Assembly (NCBI GenBank): GCA_012295275.1
Contig: CM022665.1
Location: 24,614,001 to 24,678,000 of the forward strand
Length of the DNA stretch: 64,000 nucleotides
Direction: 5' to 3'
DNA from: Chrysomallon squamiferum
Taxonomy: Eukaryota; Animalia; Mollusca
This document shows, piece after piece, positions 50,174 through 64,000 of this stretch (within the stretch, counting starts at the first letter, position 1; the number at the start of each line of letters is the position of its first letter). A program made the translations under genes and the position numbers. The notes below the pieces were generated by a model. It saw only the letters and a program-made list of their open reading frames with translations, had not been told where the DNA came from and did not search any database.

Positions 50174-52098
50174 ATGTATATCATCAAGGGGTATCTTGGT
50201 ATGACTGATAAAGACAAAGGTGAGAATGGAGCCAATTACAATGGATATGATGTGGACAGTCCATCTAATCACGGTAGATCAATAGATGATCTAATAAGAC
50301 TAGTTCAGGTAATAATATAAACAATACTTTACTGTGTACATTATTTATATTACATTCCATACACAATCTACATATGCAGTTAATTTCGCTATTCATTAGA
50401 CACATACACAGGATTTTGTAAAATATATTTAATTTTTGTTTTGTACAATTCAAGAATTGGAAATTTTATGGTTGAAACAATTTATTATTATTTTTCATTT
50501 CTTTCTTTCTTATTATTATTTTGTCATGGTTATTTATTTGGTTGACATTTCAAATGAATATTCATTCAAATTAAATTTTAATGTTTAATTTGCAACTGAT
50601 CTGTTTTCTGTGTTTCCTGTGTTTTGCATATTGAATTTCTGTGTTGCATTTTAGAGGCAGAGATCAAATTTCAGAAATTTGCCTGGCATGGTTCAGCAAC
50701 TTCAAGAAAATAATGAGCTTCAGATAGAATTAATAAACAAACTTGTACAAGAGCGTAAGAGAACTGGCTCTTCAGAACAAAAAGCTGTCTGAGGAAAAGA
50801 TCATGCTCACACGAAAGATGGAGAAACAATCAAAAGAAACGAATGATCTTAGAACTGAAGTATTGAATCTGAAGAGACAAATAAATACCCTCCAGTTTAA
50901 CATACCATCTCCACAGAGTGACTGGAAACAATCTACTAGCATTATGAGCTATCACACCTCTCCTAGGAAGCAAAGAATTTTTGAATTACCGAAGAAAAAA
51001 CCACAAGGTAATGTTTATTTATGTTGTGAAAACATAATAAGAATTAACCTAATGTGTTAAGTCAGTGGTTTTCAAACTGGAGTTTAAGGAACCCAAGGAG
51101 TACATAAGAAAACTTGTAAGGGATTAGAGGTTTGTAAAAACACTGAAATTTTAAAATCTCCTGAAGCTTTTCTGCAGCATTTTTACATTTTTGTATTATG
51201 TAAATTTAATTTTTTTAAATTTATTTATTTATTTCTTTATTTTTGTTATTTAAGTTAGTGTTATTAGTGTTAATATACTTTTCTTATAATAAAATCAATA
51301 CTGTTTTATTTTTTTGCAGTCCGGGTTTATTTCTTTAGTCCACAAAGGGACCAGGTTCCACCAATTATGGACATCACTAGCCGGCTGACAGAGGCACTCT
51401 CACAGCAAGATGTTGTCCTAGTGACTGAGACAATTACAGAAACTCCTGTCCCAGACGATGCCCGACCTGCCATTTTACTGTGTATAAATGTGTCTAGGAT
51501 TGGAACAGATGTTACAAATGCACTAAAAGATATGAAAGGTAATGACGTAGTTAAAGTTGATATTTGATCAAATATTTATTTATAAGTTAGAGGATTTTTT
51601 TTCTGAATTTTTTCAGGCTATTTTTGAAACTGAAATAGTGATATATATATATAGAACTGAACAGGGTCAGATTCAACTATTAGCTAAAAATGCTGTTACT
51701 TTGGGCTTCTTTGGGCCTCACTGAATTACATTTCAATTACCATTCTCAAAAATCAGTTTTAGAAAGCATAAAATTCTATTGAAAATTAGTGATAAATAAA
51801 TAAATAGATAAATAGAAAATAGAAATTGTTATTATATATATAATAACATAAAAATAATGTTATCTATCTTTCAGCTGATTACAATGTAGCTGTAGTAGTT
51901 CTGCATCACAAGGACATTCATGTCCTACCTAAGCTGTCCAGTGTAAAGAGCTTGACTGGCCGAGAATTCCAGAATCTTGGAGCCATTGTTGACATGGCTT
52001 TCTGGAAAGAAAAGGGTCTGCACCAGTGTGATATGAACCAGCAAGCCATCCAGAAGTTGTGTGAATTTCTCAAGATGTTTGTACTGCCAGGAAAATAA
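50174..52098 (+). CDS. Gene E: coiled coil plus C-terminal TIR/flavodoxin-like alpha/beta domain; frame disrupted in the coiled-coil exon
   Basis: Exons ~50149-50273, 50655-51007, 51320-51538, 51875-52098. The last two are clean and phase-consistent (VYFFSP...AILLCINVSRIGTDVTNALKD...VAVVVLHHKD...IVDMAFWKEKGLHQCDMNQQA). Exon 50655-51007 needs one or two +1 shifts. A probable 5' exon ends at 49363. Confidence 0.7.
51063..51145. mobile_element. Short hAT-like (Charlie-type) MITE remnant
   Basis: Begins CAGTGGTTTTCAAACT and ends AAAAACACTG. No clear 8-bp target-site duplication. Confidence 0.4.
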
Positions 52099-52218
52099 AA
52101 TATTATACTACTGTGGTGATAAATGTATTGATGTTTATGTTTCTATTTGTGCCATTATAATATGTCATGGGGTGTCAGGAAAGAAAAACAACTACAAGAA
52201 AACATGATATTTAATATA

Positions 52219-52249
<31 letters not shown>

Positions 52250-55200
52250 TTAAAATGGCTTTCATTATTTGTTTCAAAATATATCATGTTTGTACTGCAA
52301 CAGTAATGGTACATATGAAATATTGTTTATTTTATGTTCTGTGTTGTCTAAACATATTTTTGAGCTTTATTGTTACTACTACTACTACTGTTGCTATTAC
52401 TACTTTTATGCATGTTGTTAAATTGGTTTCTCTAGTATTTAGCGACAGACACTTGCTCACATAGTGATGATGCAACAAAATGGGTGATCAACAAACTTGA
52501 TTTCCATTTACGTGAAATACACAAAGTAACAGATAATTTGTTGTGTTAGTGTTTTGTTGTAACAAATGTCAGCAGTTGTAATGCTAATCATTACCATCTT
52601 TTAATTAAATGAAAATATGTATGTTGAAATTATATTTATATAGTTTTTGACAAAGTCTGTTTTTATTTGGATTCTATAACAATTCTTCATATGGACAAAT
52701 TTCTTTAATGTATGCTTATTATAATTTATATTCAATTCTTTTATTTATTGCCTGTCAAGACCATTTGAAAAAGCACATAATACTGACAGATTTACATGTT
52801 TGTATTTTTTGTGTGTTGTATGTGTGTGTGTGCGTGTGTGTCTGTGTAGGACTGCTAAATTTATTGATCAATAGCACTAAATCTCAGAGCTAGTATTTTT
52901 GTCTTCCGTACATTTAAAATAAATAAATCACAAAAAAATACACTAATATGAAGAACTTTATTTTATAGTTATGCCTACTGGGAAGAATAATTTTACTGTA
53001 AAAAAATATTAAATTATTTACTAATTTTTGTTGTTATTTTTATTGTATTATTACTTTTTGTCTGAAGTAGCAATAACTTACTGTTAATTAGTGTCAAAAC
53101 AATATTAAACAGGCATCATGCTCAAACATATTATATTAATATCTGTTGAGATTTTTTTCACATGTTAAGTACCTGTAATGTACTGTGATAATATATGTAG
53201 ATATTTTTCATATAATTATGCAGATTTTATAAATTAGATATATTGTATTCATCAGGTTTATCACCAATTTTATGTTGTCACGATGCCTGTTTTTTCTTGT
53301 TTTTCCATTGTTTTTCCATTAATTGAAGTGCAAGCAAATTGTCCATCCCATGTTTTCAGTTTTTGTGTGATAAGTGCTTGAGATATTAGAAATGTTTCAA
53401 TTATGCTATAAAAAACATTACCAGCTGGTGATAACTGTGCTATACATTTTTGTATATCAGAAGGCTTAATTTTCAGTTTCAGATGTATTTTGCTATATTG
53501 AGACTAAAAACATTAGCAATTCTGAGCTACAGCAATGCATTTTATAATGAAGCTGCTTTCATTGATTTAATAGTTATACTTTAAATTTTGTACTGTTTAA
53601 GTAAAAGGGCTTTTTGTTTTGGTTTATGCTTAAATGTGAAAAATCCAGCTTGGGTTTTTTAAATTGTCTTATTGATATTTATCAATAAGACAAATAGTTT
53701 TGTTTGTATTTGTTATTATTATTTTAAATTTATTTTATTATTATTTTTTAGTCATAATAATAAAAATATATAATATTTTGGATGACAACAAAACAAAATA
53801 TTCTCCAAAACCCTATATTAAGATAATTATGATACTGTCAGGTTTTGAATTTGGTTCAAATCTAGTAACACATCAGGATTTCAGCATTGAATAATCTGCA
53901 TTTGTCTTCCGCGTATGTTCTTTTTAGCAAGACCATAAAATTAATTCCGGATTTTTTAAAATTTGCTATATCTTTGTAGTAAGATTATATTACATTTTTT
54001 TTTCTAAATGTCATGAGTGTAAAACGAGATTATATGATTCAAGGTTTATAAAGTTAAAACAATCTGTTTTCTTCCAAAGTTTTAAAATTATTTATTTAAT
54101 ATTCACTTGTTTTCATTATTTAAATGCTGCAACTTCATGCTTTGCTATTTTTGAATTAACAAAGATCGTTGCCAGTAATTATTGTTGAAGATGAATGCTT
54201 ATCATAAACAAGGAGTATTCTTAAGTGATTTAAACTCAGTACATACACAAATGAAAATTATGACCTAAAATAATGTATTTGTACATTCTTTTTTCTACAA
54301 TAAAATATTACGATTTCTTCTTTTTTTTTTTTTTAAATCAGTATTTAAGATATTTGTTATTCAGTGTTATTAGTGTTACTATAATTAAAAATAGTAAAAA
54401 GAGTAATTTTTTTTTTAATTGTAATTAACCTTGTTTTTAAAAATTATTTTATTAAAATTGTATCTTATAATTTTATAGTTTATTTTATTAACATTTCATC
54501 TTGCCATTATATAGTTTATATTGTAATAGCTTTTTGATTAAAATTGTATTTGTATGTATTAAAACTCATTTGTTACACATTTATAAACTGAACAGTGCTT
54601 ATTTAATTTTAAGACTTCTGTTGCAATGTACATTAAATTGTATCAGTGTCAGTATCATAAAAACCTTTTTGTTAAAGTAACTTTTGTTAGACAAAAGATT
54701 GTTTTAACTGGAACATGCGTTTCCTTGTAAATAAACTATTGATAATTATTTATTGTTGTATTTTAAATTCATTACAAAGTAGTATGAACACCCTTTATCT
54801 TAATCCTTTGAAGAATGACGGTTATAAAGTAAACTTGTCACCATGGTCCCAATGAATTATTTCTCTCAAACATTTCTGGACATCTTGTTTTATTTAATTA
54901 AAATTTATTTATCCACAGTAGACACAAAATAACAACAGAACAGATAACTGAAACTTCTAGGAAAGCTTTTAACATCTTTATTAACTTTTAACTCCAAAAT
55001 GAGTTCACATAGATGAAAACCCAATCAAAACATTCCAAATTGTGCGATGTGACACCATAGCTCATGCAATGATCTATAAGGCAGGCTCTTTTGAAAATAG
55101 ACTTTTTCAGATATATAAAAAAAAAAAAAAAAAAAAAAAAATTTGTTCAGTTAAAACCAATAATAAAAAGCAAAGAAAAAATATATTAATGGAAAAGTAA

Positions 55201-57875
55201 TTGATGCAAATGGAAATATATAAGAAAAAAGCTGAAATTGATATTCATTCCTCCTTTATGTCAATATATTAAATTCTAAAAAAGGTAATAATAATTAAAA
55301 AAAGAAATTAAATATAAAGATTTCTTATCTTAAGCCAAGCAATGCATGTAAAAAGAACAGATTTTTTTAAAACAGTGTAAAATGCATTGGTGATGACATA
55401 TCCATATTTATAAGTTTCTATTCTTTGGTAACATTACTGGCTTGACATTGTTATTTATTTAATTTTGTAAATACTGCAAAGAGATAATCAAAATGATAGT
55501 ATTAAAAAATAGCACTGATCAAAAATAAATACAATGAATCAAGTTTTAAAGCCAACTGAAATGAACATTCTGCACCAAACTTAAATATATTCAACAAAGA
55601 AAAATTCCAATAAATACAAACTTAATAAGTACATCAGGTATGTTGTATTATAATTAAAACGATATAATTGATAAAATTATCAAAGTATCAAGTAACTTCT
55701 TATAGCACTGCATGTGAGCAAAATATATCACATATATGCACTGAAAGTGAAGTTAAATATTAAAAAGGGAATTAACAATATAAACGTACACTACTATATT
55801 ATGTAAAACAAAATTTGGTAAGAAATGTAACAAATGAACAATAATTTGATATCTGCACATTGTAATTTAATTACTAGTATCTTAAGTTACACAGTTGCTA
55901 TACTATTTATCTAAAATGTAGTTTTTATTCAGTTTTCTTTTTTAGTTTTTTTTTTTTCTGAGTAAATTCTGATAACATGAATCTTTTTTTTTTTTTTTTT
56001 TTCTTTTTCTCCCACATACAGAAAGATTGTACATGTTCTTTTCAGCTTTGGTAACACTGAAGAATTTAACACGAAACATCAACTAGATACTGTAAGCATA
56101 TTTCAAAAAGGATATACATCTTAGTTAAAACTGACAATATTCTTTTTTTATTTAGTATACATCCAAAAACATAAAATTGTACAAAATTATCTGCATTAGC
56201 TTTATATAATTTCATGTTCTAAGTAATAATATAACTATAGTGGGAAAAATATATATATATATATGTATGTATGTATGTATGTTGGGAAGGTAACTTCTTT
56301 TGCAGACAAGAGTTTTTACATGAAATCTTATACAAAAACAATCACAGTTTTTAGGAACTGTTTAATTCCTGACATAAACTGTCATCACTTAAATCTTAAA
56401 ACAGATCTTTGCCCGAATTGTTGATTAAACCTTTATACGAGTTTTAGCGTGTATGACACTACCATACACTACATACTACCACATACTACTTAATATCAAC
56501 TTCTAAATAACATCAATTAATAACTATTGTATAAACAATTATCACGATCCTATATAACTATTACACTCAACACTAATCAAATGCTGAAATAATAAAAATC
56601 TCAAGGTAATCAAAAAAGAAACAAAACTACAAACATTAAATATGAGGATAAAGGCAGTCACTTCAGTCATCAATTTTTTTTTTTAATAACTTTTGAATTC
56701 TGTCCCCTCACAAATCTAAAGTTTTTCTCAAAAATGAATTACTCTATCAAGAAAGATTTGGTAACCAACAGTCAATAAAAAACAACAATAATGAAGGCAT
56801 ATTTTCCAATTAATTAAGCGTTGTGAATATAATTAAAAAGTATATCTTCCAAAAGTGAAAACCTTGACAATAATGTGGATGAGGTAATTTGATGATTCTT
56901 ACTAGTCATGGAGTCTTGCAAAACATTAGGACTAGATAGTGTAAAAACAATACCATTAATCTGACTGGAGACAAGGTGAAAAATTCGGCATATCTTTAAA
57001 TCCACTGAAATGATTATTTTATTAACTATTCAGTAAACTTTAAAGTGTCAGTCACTGTCTGGTTACACTGTGTAATGTAAGGTCTTTTACATTACCAACT
57101 ATGAAAGCACTGACCAAACTCAATATACACTTTTTTTTCAATACTAACATTTTATCAATTTAAATAAATGAAAAGCGAATAATTTAAAAATAGCAAACAA
57201 GTGTTCCTGGAATAAATAAAAAAGCAAATAATATAAAAACAGCAAACAAGTGTTCCAGGAATAAATAATTAACAAGTATGAACAAAGTCTCATTATATAT
57301 TAAATTAATTTATAAATACTAATATCTTATTATCTATTGATTTAGAGCAAACTGAAAAGTTTGATTAGAATGTTTCTGTATCAAGAAAATATATTTTGTT
57401 ACCTGAAATGAAATGATTGAAAATTAAAGCCAGTGGATGGTTCTTTTCATTCACTTTTATTCAATGAACACCTCTATATTTATAATAATAATTAGGAAAA
57501 AAAGAGAAGTATTTGTCAGAAAAATTAAAAAACAATGGCAAGACAACAATCCTCACAATAATTTCATCATGTCTCTGCCAGAAAATAAACAATTCAAAAC
57601 AAATATCAACACGTCCAAACATCTAAATACCATTAACATGAAAGAAGAACGCAACAAGCTGCAGAATGCCAGGATGTTTTGGAACCACAATCCCAACATC
57701 TACATTAATGAATTAGCTTTCAAGCAAAATAGTTGAATGGCAATATCATTTTTAAAGTTACTTTGTGCTCATTCAGATTGTTTCTAGAACTGTTAGCAGT
57801 GAATATCACCTCTGAGAAAGTTAAAGGATATGCAAATTTATTTGACAAGCTTAATCCTATTTAATGTCCAGAAGC

Positions 57876-60800
57876 TTATTGTTTGACATTAACATCTGGT
57901 AGAACAGGTTCATGTGGTGCTGGCAGTTTGTTCTCATTTGGCTTTACATTCCAAATATCTCTGGCATAGTCAGAAATGGTCCGGTCGCTGGAAAATTTTC
58001 CACATGTGGCAATGTTTATTGCACACTTTTTCAACCATTCCATTCGGTTCTGAGGGAAAAGAAAGATGTGAAATATTTAAATTCTATGCAGTTATTTCTC
58101 AGGACATCTAATCATAAGAGTTTGCTGTTGAAAATAAAATAAAAATAGTAATAATGGACACTGAATAAGAGAAATGTAAAAGTCTCCGTAATATTTACCA
58201 TGTAAAGTTTGCTAACTTCCTCCTGACTTTTTATGTAGGCTTCATAGTCAGCTAGAAGACGGAATCTAAAAGAAAAACATTAAGATATAACATTGTTATT
58301 ATTTTATTACAAAAAATAAAAATAAAAATATTTTAAATAAAAATATCAAGAATGTTAGGTAACCAACCTGTCATCATGAACAAGGCTATCAAAAATTTGT
58401 CTGAACAGGGTTGGTTCTTCTGGAGAGAAGTATCCACCATTGATCTGGTCAAGGACTTGCTTCAGTTCTGGATTCTTCTCATAATAGGCTTTGGCATGGT
58501 ATCTATGAAACAAATAGTCTATCATTTTTATTTCTTCCTATTTAAAAACAGTTTCTTAACCCTTTCTTTGTGATAAGTGGATATTATCCACTCAAAATTT
58601 TGACTGTGGAAAATGGATTTACCCAATGGCCTTAAAAGAACTTGTTATGCTGTGAGACACAAACAGCCCCAGAGACTCTCTAATATCGTGTTCCCATCTA
58701 TGGTGCAGCAGCTAAACCACTGGTCTTGTTGTTTTGCCAGGAACAGTTTTTAATTAATACGTGAAAGGGTTAATAACCTCTGCAACAAAACCTCTTTTAA
58801 ATTTACAGGTGTTTGTAATGTTCAGTGGGACTGATGAATCAAAAACCTACTGACAAATATGCTTAGGATATGCAGTCATTTGCTCTTCAAAAAAACATGT
58901 ATAATGAAACTAAAAAATTATTAGAGTACATTGATTCTAAAAGAACTATTTATATTTTTAATTAAGAAATATCCAAACCCTCTTTTGTTGAGTGCATTCA
59001 CATCGTCAACTGTCATTCCAAAAATGAAGATATTGTCACGTCCCATTTCTTCCATCATCTCAACATTGGCTCCATCCAGAGTTCCAATAGTCAGTGCACC
59101 ATTGGCCTAAATGAGTTTTAAAACAATACTTTCTAAACTTTTAAAATAATACTTTCTAAACTGAATAATTAAATAAATAAAAAGATATTACATTTTGAAA
59201 AACAGAAACCATGTATTAGTTATACTGTTCTAACTTATCTTCTTTCAAAATAAAAACAATCTAATCTCACAATATAGATAATTTCATTGATTAATAAATC
59301 TCATTTTAATACAATACAAATCAGCCAATGCAACTGAAAATGTATGATTCAATTTACAAAACATCTTCTGTGCTGTTACTGTTGTTAATATCAAATGCTA
59401 TTCTCTGATGCAATAATTTGAGGTCCATGAATGTTTTAGAATTTAACTAAAATTGCTATTATATGATAAACTGGAGACAACAATCCTGACAAAAAATTCA
59501 CAAATAAACAAAACAAAATTTTTTCAGATTCAGATCTATTTGCTGGAGATGTAGAAAAAACATACCATGAATTTCATATTTCCTGTGCCAGATGCTTCTG
59601 TTCCAGCCAATGATATCTGTTCACTGAGGTCAGCAGCAGGAATGATCTTTTCTGCCAGGGTCACCCTGTAATTTTCTAAGAAAATCAACTTCAGACGATT
59701 TCCGACAATGGGATCATTGTTGATCACTCGGCCAACACTGTTGATCAGTTTGATTATTAGTTTGGCCATATGGTACCCTGGTGCAGCCTGTAAGAATAAT
59801 CTGGTGCATTATCTGTGAGCCATGTTATTAGTTAACATTTTTCTTGATATGACCAATATTTATGCTTATGTTGTATATGACAGAAGAAACTGAAGTTTCT
59901 TGTCCTTTTTTCTATTGATACTGAGTTTTTTCAACTGTTTGCAAAACAGCTAAGTTTAGGATTCAATTCCATGGACTTGTGCCAATAAATTCTCAACCTG
60001 CACTGCCATTTGTCACTTTTAAAATATAATATTTTCATTTCAGTCATCACACTATAGTGTAATCTGAATTACTTTAAAACACTTATATTTTCTGGAGAAA
60101 CAAATAAAAAAAATAAAACAAAAAATATTTAATATACCACTGGTAGCCCGTGAAAATGTTTTACTTGAACAATAAATATTTTAAATATACAATAATAATA
60201 AGAAGGCCAGTACCATTTTTGACAAAGGTTGTGTCTCTGTGTTTATCCATTGTTTACAAAAAGTAAATTACCTTGCCTCCAATCATGACAGTTCTTGGTA
60301 CAAAGTTCATATTTGGATTTTTCTTCAGTCGGTTGTAGATGGTTATCACATGTAAAACATTCAGAAGCTGACGTTTATATTCATGGATCCTCTTCACTTG
60401 CATGTCATACATGGATGATGCATTGACTTCGATATTGTAATTCTTCTTAAGGTAAGCAGCCAGTTTCTGCTTGTTCTCATCTTTAACTCGACCAAGCTGT
60501 TCCAAGAATGACTTCTGATTTGCATGCTGTTTCAGTTTCTGCATCTCATGGAGATTAACAACCCAACCATCTCCAATTTTCTACGAGTTGCAAAAACAAT
60601 TAAATCAGTTAAAATATTCATGAAATAGCAACAAAAAATAAGTAAAAATATATTCATGTTATTTTCAGCTTCTATTTTCTGCTTCAGTCTCAAGGGCAGT
60701 TTTTAATATTTCAGTTAGCAACAACCTTTTATCACAGTTATTTAGATATTATTTGAAACTATATATATTTGTACATATAATTTACAAAATACAATTAAAT

Positions 60801-63800
60801 TTACATTGGAAAAAACCCCAATAATATGGATGAAATAAAATGGAGCAGTACCTCAGCAATAATATCAGCAAGACCAGGATTACACAACAGAAGCCATCGT
60901 CGAGGAGTGATCCCATTAGTTTTGTTCTGAAATCGGTTGGGGAACATTTCAGAAAAATCCCTGAAACTGCAAAAATATAAAAACCATAATGTAAGAGCTT
61001 TTCACTTAAAAATACACATTTAGCAGGAAACATTTTCCATTTCTGTCTTTCATCTTTTTAAAATCTGCAATTAATTCTGAATCTAGCAATGAAAACCAAT
61101 AAGAATATATTTTTTATTTCAACTTTGATAAATAGAAACTGCAAGCATAAGTTTTTAGGTATTCAAAAGATTAAAGATGAATTACTTTTTGAAAGTGAAA
61201 GATAAAATGTGCTGATTATCATCCTTTGGTAACCAGATGGCATCACAGTAAAATTCTGAACCAGTTTTATATTAAAATGCTAAGGAATATAGATGTTTAA
61301 TACAAAATTCTTACGTCTCATTTCTGATAATTTCAGAATGGATTGCAGCCACACCATTGACAGCATGAGATCCAACTATTGACAGATGTGCCATGTTGAT
61401 TCTTTTTTCTCCAATCTCTTCAACCAGAGACATTCTCCCAAGTCTGGCCATATCACCCGGCCATTTTCTTTTCACTTCCTAGTAAGAAAAAAAAAAGTAG
61501 TAGCAGAAAAAAAATGTTCTGTCAGATAAATATTTATTTTTAGTTTCAATGAAATAACTTTAGTCAAATTATTATTATTTTTTCTCTCCAATGGCTCCTG
61601 AATTAAATTCAAACACTACATTGATTCAGTTTTAATTATCTTTTAATGGTTATTAAGTTTTCAAAACTAAAGATGTCAAACTATAATTATAAAAATATTA
61701 TAAAAGACTGAAGATAAAATATGTTTGTGAAAACTAAAATATAAAAACAGTGAATTAAAAAAAACAATTAACTTATAGGAAACATACAACAAAAAAAAAA
61801 AAAAAACAAGAATCACAACACCTCTTGAAATTAGTAACACTTCAAAACATTTGATAGCTGTAACTGTTTTATATAATAAATAATGATGTTGTACCTCCAG
61901 AAAGTGATGATTTATTTCATAGATGATCTCCAAATGTCTTGGTAGCAGTTTTTCCAGCAAGGAAACTGGCCAACGCTCAAGAGCTTCTGGAAGAACAGTG
62001 TGGTTTGTGTACGCACAAGTTCTTACAGTCAGATCAAATGCCTGGAGGAAAAACCCAAACATATATACAAAAGATTTATTATTTCAAACTACTATTAGTA
62101 AACAAATTTGTTTTTGATTTTTGATTTTCTCTTATGCAGTTATAATGTGTAACAAATTAAAACTTTCGTTTTAGTTCAAACAACATTTAATTCACTTTAA
62201 TGTACAAATACATTTTCCATGTTTCTGAAGACCTCTTTTATTTGGAAGTTCTTATTTGTTTTAGTGTCACATCTGTTATTAGCTGTGACCCACAAGTACC
62301 CATAAATATCAGAAACTAATTGCCTTTATCCTTCTTTATCGGCATATTATGTTATACATTTTATTTTTAAAAAGTTTATTATGGGAAACAAACCAAGCCT
62401 TGTTGTATCTACAAAAGGTTTATCTGCACAGATTAACAATTAATCTGAGGCTTTCTCAGCTGTGGTAAATATTTTAACCATGCTGTGACTAAACAAGTAT
62501 ATGACAAGACACTAAATATGATATATATGCAGTTTACCTTTTTCCAAGGAATATGCTCAATATCCAGAAATATTCTCATGAGTTCTGGGATGGCAAGAGA
62601 TGGGTGGGTATCATTCAGCTGAATTGCAACCTTCACAGAAAATAAGTAATATTACTAACAAAAATTTGAAGAGAAAAAAGAATCAGGCATAATGAACTAA
62701 TTTGTTTTAACATCCATCTCTTTCTAACTGATGTATCTTTTCTCTTAGTTACAGAAATTTCATGTACTGCCTGCATTCCTTAAGACAGTAATTGAAAAAT
62801 ATTGAAAAAAAAATAAAAGAGAAAAAGTTCAAAGTCAGAACAGATGTAAACATACCTTTTCTGGAAAGGCATCAAATGTCTTTCTAACAGGTTCACGAGA
62901 TCCAAATTTGGATGACTTGTATCTGCGAATAATGTCTTGTAAAGTTGCAGCTACAAGGAAATACTCCTGTTTTAATCGCAGTTCCTTGCCTTCAAAAAAC
63001 TGGAAATAAATAAAATATAAAAAATTTCAACATTATGGAAAATAAAAGATAAAAAGTAAAATCCATTTTCCAAGAATGTTTCAATATTAAAAAACAAAAC
63101 CAGTCTGAAGTTTCATTTTTAATGTGATGCATATGAATTCTTATGTACATATGAAAGATTTGATACTAGAAAATTCATTCAGACTTATAAGGACTGAGAA
63201 CGCATGACTTCTTATCATTATTTCATTTTAATAAATGAATCACAATTCCTTAGGAATGTATTTTAAATGATACATAAAAAACAACTTGCATTGTCATTTG
63301 GATAAAGGACTCTTGAAATGTTTTCAGCAATATTACGATCACAAACTGCTTGAATGTATTCTCCACTGTTGACTGAAATAAATGATAATACAATAGAAAA
63401 AACATATAAATAAGCATTTAAAATGGATGTAAACTTTCTAAAACTATCTGAATTGTTTTTTGAATTTTTGTCTCATCTGTGTGTGTGCGTGCGTGCGTGC
63501 ATATGTGTTTTTACTGCTTTACTCACAAAACTGTAGATTAAAGCTGTTGGGGGCTTTTGCAGACCACAGTCGCAAAGTGTTCACAGTATTGTTTCCAAAA
63601 CCTGGCACAGGACTGTCAAATGGCATAGCATAGATTATCTATGATACAAAATGAAAATAGAAAAAAAACCCATCAATAATGCTGGAATAGCATTGTTTAT
63701 AATTTATAATCAACAAAAGCTGTTTACTGCCCACTTCTGTCACTGAAAAAGAATGTAAGCTCTTCACATTTTCACCATTCAGAAATCATAAATAAATCAT

Positions 63801-64000
63801 AAGGTCATTTTTCTCTCTGTGGCTCAAGTTGAAACAAGTTACACAACTCAAAATATTTAAATCCGTAACTAATCACACATTCAGAAAAACTGAATGTGTT
63901 TAACAGTAAAAATTATTACCTGGGTATCAACCCAAGCTGACCCTTTGTCTGTCTTTTGCACTCTGCCATAAAAGTTAATTGGCAACATGAATTCTGGTCG
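57876..64000 (-). CDS. PYG: Glycogen phosphorylase, 5'-truncated by the window edge (last 14 exons)
   Basis: Approximate exons: >64000-63920, 63638-63527, 63372-63290, 62999-62856, 62630-62538, 62041-61895, 61478-61315, 60966-60852, 60580-60272, 59787-59566, 59106-58979, 58502-58368, 58265-58198, 58048-57876. Motifs [73 protein letters not shown] site [18 protein letters not shown]. Confidence 0.97.
58560..58769. mobile_element. piggyBac-like MITE in a PYG intron
   Basis: TTAA|CCCTTTC ... GAAAGGG|TTAA, with TTAA at 58556-58559 and 58770-58773. Confidence 0.8.
63000..63289 (-). other. GC-AG intron in glycogen phosphorylase
   Basis: Exon ends ...YPNDN (AAT) followed by GCAAGT. The next exon begins FFEGKELR after TTTCCAG, and no GT keeps the frame at this conserved junction. 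Confidence 0.88.

Noticed and set aside
52100-57870. Hidden gene in the 5.8 kb between gene E and PYG
   Set aside because: The strand skew (T-rich, then A-rich, switching near 54.8 kb) fits two long convergent 3' UTRs, and the short ORFs have no exon structure.

Overview
AT-rich, intron-containing animal DNA, probably a lophotrochozoan such as a mollusc (inferred from composition, intron density and protein style). All exon structures were assembled by hand from splice sites and frame continuity. Gene order: (1) exportin-5 on the - strand (1427-23920), 32 coding exons, ~1198 aa, with an AT-AA U12-type intron and one apparent +1 indel; (2) three tandem + strand genes (~24951-25862, 29180-31061, 34930-36087) sharing an ~85-aa domain I cannot assign to a known family, carried in each on a phase-0 terminal exon and fused to C2H2 zinc fingers in the third; (3) an uncharacterised coiled-coil gene on - (36619-41743), head-to-head with (4) DRAP1/NC2-alpha on + (42051-45808), which has a GT-AG U12 intron; (5) a frameshifted coiled-coil plus TIR/flavodoxin-like gene on + (~50174-52098); (6) the 3' part of glycogen phosphorylase on - (57876 to beyond the window end), with a GC-AG intron. 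Introns hold several MITEs (one resembling mammalian Tigger4/Zombi), a ~2.7-kb higher-order tandem repeat and decayed transposon fragments. The best candidate for an undescribed system is the three-gene cluster with the shared unnamed domain.
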